Made by a program: the position numbers and the translations under genes
Shown here: piece by piece, positions 17,323 to 26,297 of the stretch
How the letters are laid out: every line of letters starts with the position of its first letter
How positions within the stretch are numbered: the stretch's first letter is position 1
Origin: Candidatus Methylomirabilis oxygeniifera
GTDB lineage: Bacteria > Methylomirabilota > Methylomirabilia > Methylomirabilales > Methylomirabilaceae
Assembly: GCA_000091165.1 (NCBI GenBank)
Contig: FP565575.1
Span: 1,230,001-1,262,000 of the forward strand
Length of the DNA stretch: 32,000 nt
Reading direction: 5' to 3'
Notes under the pieces: model-generated
The model's input: only the letters and a program-made list of their open reading frames with translations
Databases searched by the model: none
Told to the model about the DNA's origin: nothing

Positions 17323-18924
17323 ATGGCTACCTATGACCTAGTCATTCGCAATGCCGACCTCATCGACGGGACCGGGACCCCTGCGCGTCGAGCTGATCTC
17401 GCCGTAGTCGGCGACCGGATCGCGGAAATCGGACGGATCGCCCCATCCATGGGGTATCGGGTGATCGAGGCAACCGGCCTGACGCTGTCCCCCGGCTTCG
17501 TGGATATCCACTCGCACTCCGATTACCATCTCCTGCTTCAGCCGACAGCCGACAGCGCCGTTCGACAGGGGGTGACTCTCGAAATCGGAGGCAATTGCGG
17601 CTATGCGGCAGCCCCGATATGGGGACCATGGCTGGAAGAACGGACGGCTACCTACCGTGACCTCTATGGCCTCGATCATGCTTGGCACGGGGTAGCCGAC
17701 TACTTCACGCGGCTGGAGGCCACGGGGATCTCTGAGAACTTCGGCCTCCTGATAGGCCATAACACGCTACGGGGCTCAGCCATGGGAGGCGCCAACCGCC
17801 CGCCTTCACCCCAGGAGTTGAACGCAATGCGTGATGGAGCGCGACAAGGGATGGCCGATGGCGCGCTTGGCTTGTCCACCGGCCTGGTGTATGCGCCGGC
17901 CTGTTTCTCCAGACCAGGGGAACTGGCAACGATTGCCGCCGCCGTGCGGGAGTTCGGCGGCATCCTGACCTGTCACATGCGGAGCGAGGGCGATGGATTG
18001 ATCGAGGCGATTGAGGAGATCATCGGAGTGGCGGAGATGGCGAAGATCCCGCTTCAGATCTCTCACCTGAAGACCTCCGGCGAGCGCAACTGGCCGAAGC
18101 TGGCTGTGGGATTTCGACTCATCGAAGATGCACAGGCAAGGGGTCTTGACATCTCCTGCGACCGATACCCTTACACTGCCTCCAATACCGGGCTTCAGGC
18201 CGTGTTGCCGGACTGGGCCTTAGAAGGCGGACAACAGGATCGGATCGAACGATTAAACAACGCGGCAGCACGCGCTCGGATCGTACAGGAGCTAACCGCC
18301 CACTATCCACGTGATTACTGGTCGCGACTGATGATCTCCGAAGTGACTCAGCGGGAGCATCGGCAGTACGAAGGATTGCGCATCAGCGAAGCGGCACGCA
18401 GAGCCGAAAAGGAACCGATCGACTTCGTCATTGAGCTGCTTTTGACAGAGCGGATGCAAGTCGATGCGATCTTCTTCACCATGTGCGAAAACAACCTGAA
18501 CGCGATTCTCCTAAAGCCGTATACGATGATCGGGTCGGACTCCGGCTGTCGCAGCCATGAGGGTCCGCTCAGTCAGGGTCGTCCTCATCCGAGAACCTTC
18601 GGAACCTTCCCGCGGGTACTGAGCCACTTTGTACGGGAACGACAGGTGCTCGACCTGCCAACCGCCGTCAGAAAGATGACCTGGGATCCGTGCCGCAAGC
18701 TTGGCCTGCTGGACCGGGGGCGTTTACAGCCTGGCCGTATGGCCGACTTGGTCCTCTTCGACGCAACGATCGTATCCGACCGGGCGACCTACGAGGCGCC
18801 GATCCAGTACCCCATCGGCATCCATCATGTCTTTGTCAACGGAGTTCCGGTGATTGAGGCCGGCGAGCACACCGGCGCCAGACCCGGCCACATCGTACGA
18901 AAATCCCCCCCAACCCCCCTTTAG
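17323..18924 (+). CDS. N-acyl-D-amino-acid deacylase (D-aminoacylase) family amidohydrolase
   Basis: MATYDLVIRNADLIDGTGTP...GFVDIHSHSD... is the typical family N-terminus. ATG at 17323 is preferred; the TTG at 17269 in the track would translate the heptamer repeat. Confidence 0.85.
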   Translation: MATYDLVIRNADLIDGTGTPARRADLAVVGDRIAEIGRIAPSMGYRVIEATGLTLSPGFVDIHSHSDYHLLLQPTADSAVRQGVTLEIGGNCGYAAAPIWGPWLEERTATYRDLYGLDHAWHGVADYFTRLEATGISENFGLLIGHNTLRGSAMGGANRPPSPQELNAMRDGARQGMADGALGLSTGLVYAPACFSRPGELATIAAAVREFGGILTCHMRSEGDGLIEAIEEIIGVAEMAKIPLQISHLKTSGERNWPKLAVGFRLIEDAQARGLDISCDRYPYTASNTGLQAVLPDWALEGGQQDRIERLNNAAARARIVQELTAHYPRDYWSRLMISEVTQREHRQYEGLRISEAARRAEKEPIDFVIELLLTERMQVDAIFFTMCENNLNAILLKPYTMIGSDSGCRSHEGPLSQGRPHPRTFGTFPRVLSHFVRERQVLDLPTAVRKMTWDPCRKLGLLDRGRLQPGRMADLVLFDATIVSDRATYEAPIQYPIGIHHVFVNGVPVIEAGEHTGARPGHIVRKSPPTPL

Positions 18925-18934
18925 CGAAGGGGGG
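18914..18934 (+). terminator. G/C hairpin overlapping the D-aminoacylase stop codon (weak terminator candidate)
   Basis: CCCCCCT-TTAGCGA-AGGGGGG forms a 7-bp stem with a 7-nt loop. No downstream T-run. Confidence 0.2.
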
Positions 18935-19002
18935 GACACAGGGGTGTTCTGCGAAGCTGACAGCTAGGCGCTGATTGCTGAGCGCTGGTTTCTGAGGAAC
19001 AG

Positions 19003-19722
19003 ATGCGACCAAGGATCGGGATTACGAGTTGGCATTATCAGGACGACGATGAGCGCTGGGAGGCGATCCTGGAAAGCTACCCACGCGCTGTCCTGGCGGC
19101 CGGCGGCTTGCCGCTGATCCTGCCGATCCCCCACGTGGAGCCTGATCTGGTTGAAGGGTACCTGGAGGCAATAGACGGACTGATCCTGACGGGAGGGGCC
19201 GACATCCACCCCTCCTTCTACAGCCAAACCGTCCTCGAACATTGCGGTGAGATCGACGAAGAGCGCGATCGCTTTGAAGTGGAGCTGGTTCGCGCGGCCC
19301 GCAGTCGCGACCTGCCGCTGTTAGGGATCTGCCGCGGGCTTCAGGTCGTCAACGTGGCTCTGGGCGGCAGTCTCTATCAGGACCTCTCGTACCGGCAAGA
19401 AACCGATCCAGCCCATCAGAGTCCTCGCGAGCGACGCGGCGAACCGGTCCACCAGGTCGCCATTGCGGAAAGCTCACGCCTCGCCGGCATTCTCGGCATT
19501 CGAGAGTTGCGCGTGACCAGCACCCATCATCAAATCATCCGTGATCTGGCGCCGGGCCTCACGGTTAACGCCGTGGCGCCGGACGGAGTCGTCGAAGGGG
19601 TTGAGGGTGCCGGACGATTTCTCCTCGCCGTCCATTGGCACCCCGAACGGATGTTTACCAGCCACTACGAACAACTCGCGCTTTTTCGCGCGCTCGTCGA
19701 GGCAGCCGTCCAATCCCCCTAA
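19003..19722 (+). CDS. Peptidase C26 / class I glutamine amidotransferase-like gamma-glutamyl hydrolase family protein
   Basis: MRPRIGIT..., nucleophile context LLGICRGLQVVNVALGGSL, and HHQ...VHWHPE. Confidence 0.85.
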   Translation: MRPRIGITSWHYQDDDERWEAILESYPRAVLAAGGLPLILPIPHVEPDLVEGYLEAIDGLILTGGADIHPSFYSQTVLEHCGEIDEERDRFEVELVRAARSRDLPLLGICRGLQVVNVALGGSLYQDLSYRQETDPAHQSPRERRGEPVHQVAIAESSRLAGILGIRELRVTSTHHQIIRDLAPGLTVNAVAPDGVVEGVEGAGRFLLAVHWHPERMFTSHYEQLALFRALVEAAVQSP

Positions 19723-19754
19723 CTCCTACACCCTATCCCCTATACCCTGTCCGT
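19720..19754. repeat. Heptanucleotide tandem repeat, same family
   Basis: taactcc tacaccc tatcccc tataccc tgtccgt, lying exactly between two convergent stop codons (19720-22 and 19754-56). Confidence 0.85.
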
Positions 19755-20398
19755 CACCGCTGGCCCACGCACTCTTCCTGGGCTGTCGCCGTGAGGTCAT
19801 CGAAAGGCGGGGTGATGTCTTTAACCGGTTCATGCCAACTGCTGCTGCGCGCCTTCTGAGTCCGGCGCAGTGAGATCCACGTCGCGCAGGTCCGACCGCT
19901 GTGAAGCCAGAGCCGCAACCCATTGCGCTCCGCGTCGATCTCCTGGGCCAAGGTATAGTCGTTATTCCTCGTTATCCCCTCCACGATTCCAGCCAGCAGA
20001 ATCCCGCCAGGCACGACCGCGATGGCGACTTTTTCCGCCGCCTGACGCGCATCCGATGGATCCGTATCGACTACGGGATGGGCCAACAGGTCGTGCCCGA
20101 TACTGTGGGCGATAAGTTGAGTCAACTCATCGTCGGACGCATCGTTGGCTGTTGCCTGACTGATATAGATAATACCCGGTGCGATATTCCATGCGGAGGC
20201 TCGGTCATCGCTCACAATCTGGAAGGTAAACGAACGTCTGGTGACACTGGATGGGAGAGTCTTCAGGAGCGTCTGCGCGCTTCGCTCTACACGAAGCCTC
20301 TCATCAGGAGCCGACACGACCGGCAGGCCGGCGCCTGTCCTACATGCGGTAAGCGCCACTACGGTGAGTAAGACGACTGATCGGAACCGACACTTCAT
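19754..20398 (-). CDS. Lipoprotein with M48-like fold signature but HSxxH instead of HExxH
   Basis: Lipobox LTVVALTACR. NIAPGIIYISQ...DELTQLIAHSIGHDLLAH and AQEIDAERNG resemble the M48 HExxH...ExxAD layout, with Ser (AGT) in place of the catalytic Glu. Confidence 0.5.
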   Translation of the reverse strand: MKCRFRSVVLLTVVALTACRTGAGLPVVSAPDERLRVERSAQTLLKTLPSSVTRRSFTFQIVSDDRASAWNIAPGIIYISQATANDASDDELTQLIAHSIGHDLLAHPVVDTDPSDARQAAEKVAIAVVPGGILLAGIVEGITRNNDYTLAQEIDAERNGLRLWLHSGRTCATWISLRRTQKARSSSWHEPVKDITPPFDDLTATAQEECVGQR

Positions 20399-20406
20399 GG
20401 CTCACG

Positions 20407-21471
20407 CTACATCAGCCGCTCAATCAATCGTCGATGGGCATCACAACCCACAATCGCGCGGATCTCCTCAGCAGACGCTGTCGACCTACGGTGCAGGTAC
20501 TGCGCCTTCACTCTGGCGATTCGATCACACGACACCCGTATCCTCGCCTCCGACAGTCGCCCGATCTCTACAGCCTCAACTACGGCGCGGAGCGCCTGCC
20601 GCTGCGCCGTCTGGTCATGGCAAATCAGCACGAGATCGCCTCCGGCATCGAGGAACCGAACGGCCGCTTCACCGGGAGACGTGCTGTCGGCAATCCCCTG
20701 CATCAGGAGATCGTCACTGATCACCAGACCGTGAAAGCCCATCTGTTCTCGCAGCAGATCGGTCAGGATTCGTCGCGATAAGGTAGCCGGCTGTTCGTGG
20801 TCTAGAACAGGGATGAGCAGATGGGCCGTCATGAGCGCCGGAATGCCCGCGCTGATTGCGGCGGCGAATGGGACAAGCTCCTCCACTGAGAGCCTGTCCA
20901 TGTCGTGCGGTACGATCGGCAGCGCCAAGTGTGAGTCAACCGTCGTATCGCCGTGACCCGGGAAGTGCTTGCCGACCGCTATCACTCCCTGCGCCGTCAA
21001 CCCTCTAAAAAAAGCGATCCCATGCTGGGCCACCATGTGCGGGTCTGAACCATAGCTTCGTCCAGCCATGACCGGGTTTGCGGGATTCGTCAGGACATCG
21101 AGCACCGGCGCCATATTCATATTGATTCCCACCGCCATGAGCTCTCGGGCGATCGATCCGGCGATGGCGTGAGTCAGCTCCGTAGAACTCGCCGTCCCGA
21201 CGGCTTCGGCTGAGGGCCACTGCGTGAAAGGCGCCTGCAGGCGAGCCACCTTCCCTCCCTCCTGATCGATCGCGAAGAACAGCGGCGTTGACGAGACCTC
21301 TTGGAGTGAGTTCGTAAGCACCGCAATCTCTTCCGGGCTGCCAAGATTGCGCCCAAATAAAATTAAGCCGCCAGGAGTAAGATCTCGAACATACGCCTCA
21401 AGAGTCTGTGACGGCTGACTCCCTTCAAAGCCGAGAATGAAAAGCTGACCGATCGCCTCCTGCAGGGTCAT
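20407..21471 (-). CDS. nagZ: Beta-N-acetylhexosaminidase (GH3)
   Basis: MTLQEAIGQLFILGFEG..., FAIDQEGG and KHFPGHGDTTVDSHL. ATG at 21471 overlaps the TGA of the upstream gene (ATGA). The track ORF extends to 21543. Confidence 0.9.
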   Translation of the reverse strand: MTLQEAIGQLFILGFEGSQPSQTLEAYVRDLTPGGLILFGRNLGSPEEIAVLTNSLQEVSSTPLFFAIDQEGGKVARLQAPFTQWPSAEAVGTASSTELTHAIAGSIARELMAVGINMNMAPVLDVLTNPANPVMAGRSYGSDPHMVAQHGIAFFRGLTAQGVIAVGKHFPGHGDTTVDSHLALPIVPHDMDRLSVEELVPFAAAISAGIPALMTAHLLIPVLDHEQPATLSRRILTDLLREQMGFHGLVISDDLLMQGIADSTSPGEAAVRFLDAGGDLVLICHDQTAQRQALRAVVEAVEIGRLSEARIRVSCDRIARVKAQYLHRRSTASAEEIRAIVGCDAHRRLIERLM

Positions 21472-22256
21472 TGCGTCACCGCCTCCTTGTTGAGGAAAGC
21501 CTGCCGAAAGGCCTCCAGCTCCGTGGGTTGTATTTCCGGCCACGTATCCATCTGTTGGTAAAGACCTTTGGGATCAGACTGCACCTGATCGAAGAGCTTA
21601 CGGGTCGCCTCCACGATCATATTCACCCGCCGATCGATCAATCCGCCGATGACCGGCGCCAAGAGCTTCGTCATGACGTGAAAAAACGGATGATCAATTC
21701 GGAGGTAAAAGTCCGGCTCGCTGTCCATGAATGTTTGGCCTCCTTCTCGTATTTCGCGATAGCGCAGGATCAGCGCCATTCGACCGGTAAAGCGAATCAG
21801 ATGCGCAAGAGATCGGAACTCTCCCTGAAATCGATAGACACGTTGATCGCCGGTTGCAGCGACCAGCCTCGCGTCGCCTCGCAGGGCGCCACGGTCTTCG
21901 ATCGTGTAGACGCCTTCCCCGACCTGCGCAACGGTATAGCGTTCGAGGGGCGGATGCAGGCGCCTGGCCACTTGCGTCGCCAGTGGCGGATGCGCCACCA
22001 GGAACTCGTAGATACGGCGATCGCCGGCGAACCGAATCGGCGAAATCCGACGGCGCAGAGTCGGCTGCGCGATGATCTCACGGACCTCAGGATCCTCAAC
22101 GATCACACTGTCTTCACGCGCCGCCTCCGTCGGCGAGGCGAGAGCGGCAAACGCATTAGTCGCAACTGAGGCGCGAAGTGCAGGGTGCGGGATTCGAGGC
22201 ATCACAAGGCAACCAACGAATACCATGAGGCTCAAGCCAGGACGGGATATCAGCAC
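21468..22256 (-). CDS. Hypothetical protein with N-terminal hydrophobic segment, translationally coupled to nagZ
   Basis: 262-aa ORF with no family I recognise. The stop overlaps the nagZ start. Its start region overlaps the stop of the upstream methyltransferase. Confidence 0.55.
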   Translation of the reverse strand: MLISRPGLSLMVFVGCLVMPRIPHPALRASVATNAFAALASPTEAAREDSVIVEDPEVREIIAQPTLRRRISPIRFAGDRRIYEFLVAHPPLATQVARRLHPPLERYTVAQVGEGVYTIEDRGALRGDARLVAATGDQRVYRFQGEFRSLAHLIRFTGRMALILRYREIREGGQTFMDSEPDFYLRIDHPFFHVMTKLLAPVIGGLIDRRVNMIVEATRKLFDQVQSDPKGLYQQMDTWPEIQPTELEAFRQAFLNKEAVTQ

Positions 22257-22954
22257 GAATACCTATGGTCGGTGCGTCGGATGGCGGACGGGTGCGTTCG
22301 CATGAGGACATGAAAGAAGCCGTTCAGGCCCTCGCGTTCCTCTTCGATCGCCAGGATCTCGCACCACCGATGAAAGATCTCGGCGAAATCACGCTTAACG
22401 AAAAAGCGGTCATAGTGGTGGCGGTGGACGTACCAGTTGCGCGTCCGCCGCTCGCCGGGATAGTGTTTAAACCTGGTGCTGAACACCGTCAGGTGAAAGT
22501 AGCCACCAGGCTTTACAAGGCCCAGTACACGATCGAAATAGATTGGCCAGTCGGCCTTCTTGAGGTGATGGAATACTCCGCTGTCTACAAGCGCGTCGAA
22601 ACTACCCGGCTTCAAAGGCGGCATCAGCGCATCGCCCAGTAGAAGTCTGATCCGTGGAGTCAGGCGCTTCGTTTGCGCCCGTTGAGCGAGAGTCTTGAGG
22701 GGCGCAGCCAGATAGTCAAGACCGACAGTAAAGAGTCCGGCCTTGGCGAAGAGCAGCGTATGTCGTCCCTCGCCACAACCCAGGTCGAGCACCCGACCAC
22801 CCCCCTTATCGCGCTTCAGCAGATGCGCCAATCGGCCGACGGCCGGCGTCGGTTCAGTGGAAGGCCATGGTGTCGGACTGCCGGACTCATAGACCTGCGC
22901 AAAGAAGCCCCGCTGCCGCGTATACAGATCGCTGCGTGCTGGTACGCTACGCAT
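22250..22954 (-). CDS. Class I SAM-dependent methyltransferase
   Basis: Motif I VLDLGCGEGRHTLLFAKAG and post-I VGLDY, then DALVDSGVFHHL. Confidence 0.8.
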   Translation of the reverse strand: MRSVPARSDLYTRQRGFFAQVYESGSPTPWPSTEPTPAVGRLAHLLKRDKGGGRVLDLGCGEGRHTLLFAKAGLFTVGLDYLAAPLKTLAQRAQTKRLTPRIRLLLGDALMPPLKPGSFDALVDSGVFHHLKKADWPIYFDRVLGLVKPGGYFHLTVFSTRFKHYPGERRTRNWYVHRHHYDRFFVKRDFAEIFHRWCEILAIEEEREGLNGFFHVLMRTHPSAIRRTDHRYSC

Positions 22955-22959
22955 CTCTC

Positions 22960-22980
22960 TACACCCTACACCCCGTCTTT
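22960..22980. repeat. Heptanucleotide tandem repeat, same family (2 units plus a partial unit)
   Basis: tacaccc tacaccc cgtcttt, starting 6 nt upstream (minus-strand sense) of the methyltransferase ATG at 22954. Confidence 0.75.
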
Positions 22981-22992
22981 GATGGGCCGCCC

Positions 22993-23622
22993 TTAATGCC
23001 GATGCCCGCCCTCGGTCAGACTCTTCAGATAGGCCACGAGGTCAATGAGTTGCTGGACGGTCATGGAGTCGTTGTAGCTGGGCATTTTCGTCTTGCCGTC
23101 AGGGCCGAGATACCCTTTGTGTTCGGCCTTGTGGTGTGTGATCCGCCAGGCTGCAGAGGCATTCGGATCGATGATCGTCTCGACGAAATACTCAGCAGGA
23201 TGCATCGCCCCCATCCCAGAGAGGGCAGACCCCACATCGCCCTGCTCGGCTTTGGGTGCGGGAAAGTCCTCACCAGACACTTCATGGCACTTGAAGCATT
23301 CAAAGTCGATAAAGACCTGCCGTCCGGCGTGATGATTTCCGGCCGGTACGGCGAATCGCCACCGTGGGGGGGTTACGAGACGAGGCTGTTGTGGGGCCGG
23401 ATCTTTCTGCTGCACGGTCTGCTGCGGGGGTGTGACCGTCGGATGATGGTGATGTCCGCTCTCCGGCGGGGGTTGATCGCTCCACACGTTGACGATCGAG
23501 AATAATAGAAGACCGCTCGTCAGAACAGCGCCCGCTATCACCATCCTGTATCCGAACACGTGACGCTCTACAAGCCTCACACCTTGTGTCTGACGCCTGA
23601 CCTCTCTCCTCGTTACCGGCAT
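22993..23622 (-). CDS. Membrane-anchored mono-haem c-type cytochrome
   Basis: CxxCH motif in FECFKCHEV and a distal Met context KMPSYNDSMTVQQLIDLVAYL. N-terminal TM helix and a HHHH/Pro/Gln-rich linker. ATG at 23622 has an AAGGAG RBS. Confidence 0.75.
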   Translation of the reverse strand: MPVTRREVRRQTQGVRLVERHVFGYRMVIAGAVLTSGLLLFSIVNVWSDQPPPESGHHHHPTVTPPQQTVQQKDPAPQQPRLVTPPRWRFAVPAGNHHAGRQVFIDFECFKCHEVSGEDFPAPKAEQGDVGSALSGMGAMHPAEYFVETIIDPNASAAWRITHHKAEHKGYLGPDGKTKMPSYNDSMTVQQLIDLVAYLKSLTEGGHRH

Positions 23623-23671
23623 TACGTCGCTCCTTCCCACTCTGAAGATACCTCCTCGTTGCGAGGAAGAC

Positions 23672-24196
23672 TCACAAAACAAAGACCCACACTGTGCCCT
23701 TCCATCGTGTGAGCCCACGCTCAGCGGTCAGCTTGAGCCCGACCCGATAGGGCGCCTCGATCGACTTGCTTCCTGATGCTATCGGCTTACCGTCTTTCGT
23801 GATGGCCATGACCGTAATCCGAATCGTGCTGTTGGCTTCGATGATTGTGGGCTCCGTTGACGACGCGTCTCGATCGATCTTCACCCCGATTACATGCGGG
23901 ATACTCTCTGCCGTAATGAAGGTCCCCTCTGTCCAGACCACCCGAATAGCGGAGGTGGTAGGATTGGAGAGCGTAAGTTGTACCTCGGCCCATTCGGCCT
24001 TCGCTCGATCAATCGTAAACGGTGCGGCACCCATCCCGCGGGCCGGCTGAACCGTCACCTCGTGCTTGAACGGAGTGAACCTAATCGGTGACTTCAGCGT
24101 TCTGAACTCAGGCGGGAGGAACTGACACCCTGACAGCAGTAGCAGCCCCACTAATCCCGGAACGCTCACTACCCTCAATAGGACTCTGTTACCCAA
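23672..24196 (-). CDS. Lipoprotein of unknown function
   Basis: TTG at 24196, 8 nt after GGAGG, gives (M)GNRVLLRVVSVPGLVGLLLLSGCQ with a lipobox and avoids overlap with radC. The track start at 24268 overlaps radC by 44 nt. Confidence 0.55.
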   Translation of the reverse strand: MGNRVLLRVVSVPGLVGLLLLSGCQFLPPEFRTLKSPIRFTPFKHEVTVQPARGMGAAPFTIDRAKAEWAEVQLTLSNPTTSAIRVVWTEGTFITAESIPHVIGVKIDRDASSTEPTIIEANSTIRITVMAITKDGKPIASGSKSIEAPYRVGLKLTAERGLTRWKGTVWVFVL

Positions 24197-24224
24197 ACGC
24201 TCGACCTCCTCCTCTGCTCTGCCT

Positions 24225-24962
24225 TCACTGCGTCCGCCGCCCGTCAAAGGCTGCTCCATATCGTTCAATCAGTCCTTCGTCGGCAAAGCTGTAATAGCAC
24301 CCATCACCGATAATCACATGATCCAGGACACCGATCTTCAGTAACCGCCCCATGACAACCAGCTCCTCAGTCAGCGACTTGTCTGCCTGGCTCGGGCGCG
24401 GGTTGCCCGAGGGGTGGTTATGCGCAACGATCAGGGCGACCGCCTGGTGCCGGTTGGCGAGGTTCACCAGGTTCCGGAGGTAGACCGGGCTTTCCGTCAG
24501 TGACCCCTCCGAGGCAGTGACGTTCTCCAACACCTCGTTATTGCCGTTGAGCAAGAGCACCTTGAAGACCTCTTTGGCCAGGCCCTGCATCTGCGGTCGC
24601 AGCCACTCATAGACCTCTTTCGATGAGGTCACGGCTCCCAGGACCTTTTTCTCTTCGGCCATCAGTCGGCGGCCCAACTCCAAGCCGGCCTTAAGCTGGG
24701 CGATCTTCGCGAGACCCAGCCCTTTCGCCTCTTGCAGCTCCTCTACGCTCTTGCGATCCAACTCGCGCAATCCTCCGGATTTTTCCAACAGGCTTCTGGC
24801 CAGCTCCACAGCGCTCTGGCCGCCGGTCCCGGTGCGCAGCAGAATCGCGAGCAGTTCCGCCGTCGTGAGTGCGCCCGATCCATGCTGGAGCAGCCGCTCC
24901 CGCGGACGCTCCTCCACCGGCCACGCCTTGATCGCTGAAGTATACCGTTGCTTTAGCCCCAT
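24225..24962 (-). CDS. radC: RadC-family JAB/MPN domain protein
   Basis: ERPRERLLQHGSGALTTAELLAILLRTG and HNHPSGNPRPSQADKSLT are RadC hallmarks. Confidence 0.9.
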   Translation of the reverse strand: MGLKQRYTSAIKAWPVEERPRERLLQHGSGALTTAELLAILLRTGTGGQSAVELARSLLEKSGGLRELDRKSVEELQEAKGLGLAKIAQLKAGLELGRRLMAEEKKVLGAVTSSKEVYEWLRPQMQGLAKEVFKVLLLNGNNEVLENVTASEGSLTESPVYLRNLVNLANRHQAVALIVAHNHPSGNPRPSQADKSLTEELVVMGRLLKIGVLDHVIIGDGCYYSFADEGLIERYGAAFDGRRTQ

Positions 24963-25037
24963 GCCCCTTCCGCTCCGCTATCTTCTACCCTCTCTCCCCC
25001 AACCCTGTCAAGCCAAAGCCTTGGAGTCGCGCTTAAA

Positions 25038-26273
25038 TCAGATGATCGAGGTGACCAGCAACAGGAGCGTGAGCACGACCATCAGGAAAACGGTCCCCCA
25101 GGCGATCAGGTTGTAGGCCGGTGAGTTCACCCACTCGCCCATGATCCTCCGGTCGTTGATCAGCAGGAGCATAAAAATCAGGACAGCCGGAAGCAAAATG
25201 CCGTTTAAGGTCTGGGAGAGATACATGATAGTGATGAGCGGCGCCTTGGGCCAGAGAATCAGCAGCGCGCCGGCGCCCACCATGCTGAGGTAGATGCTGA
25301 AGAACCCGGGCGCCTCGCGAAAGGTTCGATTGATGCCCGTGTCCCAGCCCAGCCCCTCGCAGACCGCATAGGCCGTGGAGAGGGGGACGATGGCCGCGGA
25401 AAAGATGGACGCGTTCAACAGGCCTAGCGCAAAGAGGAGCGTCGCGTACCGACCCGCGAACGGTTCGATCGCCATGGCGGCCTGTTCGGCCGTCTCGATC
25501 CGAACCCCGTGCGTGTTGAGAGTGGCTCCGCATGCTACGATGATAAAGAACGCCACGGCCGACGCGACGAGACTACCAATCCAGACATCGAGCTTGACGT
25601 AGCCGTACGCCTGGCGTCGAACGCCCTTATCGACGATCGACGCTTGGATGTAAAACTGCATCCAGGGCGCGATCGTGGTTCCCACGAGGGTGATAATCAT
25701 CGTGAGATAATCGCGCTCGATATGGAAGGTGGGCCTGACCGTCTGGCGCAGGACGGAAGACCAATTGGGACCGACGAGAAAGGCCGATATCAGATAGACG
25801 GCATAGAAGAGGCTGGCGCCGAGGAAGATCCTCTCTACGAGGCGATACGTCCCTTTCACCACCAGCCAGCCAACCAGGAGCGCAGCGAGCGGTACGGTCG
25901 CATAGCGACTCCAGCCGAAGATCTCCAGGCTCGCCGCCACGCCCGCGAATTCGGAGACCGTATTGACCAGATTCGCCAGCACCAGCACCCCCATCACGCC
26001 AAACGTCACCCGGACCCCAAATCGCTCGCGGATCAGCTCGGCCAGCCCTTTGCCCGTCACGACTCCCATCCGTGAGCCCATCTCCTGAACGATGGCGAGG
26101 GCGATGGCGATGAAGATGAGCGACCAGAGCAGACCATAGCCGAACTGGGCGCCGGCAAGGGAGTAGGTCGTAATCCCCCCGGCGTCCTGATCGACGCTGG
26201 CGGTAATGATCCCCGGGCCCATGATGGCCAAGAATTGGAGGATCCGCCGCTTCCTGATCCGCGAAAGCCGCAT
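25038..26273 (-). CDS. NRAMP/SLC11-family transporter with non-canonical (NRMT-like, putative Mg2+) metal site
   Basis: The TM1 motif reads DAGG (VDQDAGGITT) instead of DPGN. The TM6 motif reads IAPW (GTTIAPWMQFY) instead of (A/V)MPH. Otherwise a typical 11-12 TM NRAMP layout. Confidence 0.85.
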   Translation of the reverse strand: MRLSRIRKRRILQFLAIMGPGIITASVDQDAGGITTYSLAGAQFGYGLLWSLIFIAIALAIVQEMGSRMGVVTGKGLAELIRERFGVRVTFGVMGVLVLANLVNTVSEFAGVAASLEIFGWSRYATVPLAALLVGWLVVKGTYRLVERIFLGASLFYAVYLISAFLVGPNWSSVLRQTVRPTFHIERDYLTMIITLVGTTIAPWMQFYIQASIVDKGVRRQAYGYVKLDVWIGSLVASAVAFFIIVACGATLNTHGVRIETAEQAAMAIEPFAGRYATLLFALGLLNASIFSAAIVPLSTAYAVCEGLGWDTGINRTFREAPGFFSIYLSMVGAGALLILWPKAPLITIMYLSQTLNGILLPAVLIFMLLLINDRRIMGEWVNSPAYNLIAWGTVFLMVVLTLLLLVTSII

Positions 26274-26297
26274 TGAGTGTCCTGGGTGGTGAAACGG

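Noticed and set aside
24979-25008. Fifth copy of the heptamer repeat (tatcttc taccctc tctcccc caaccctgtc)
   Set aside because: The phase and the TANNCCC unit are poorly kept; only the ...accctgtc end resembles the family. I mention it under the repeat finding but do not call it as a feature.
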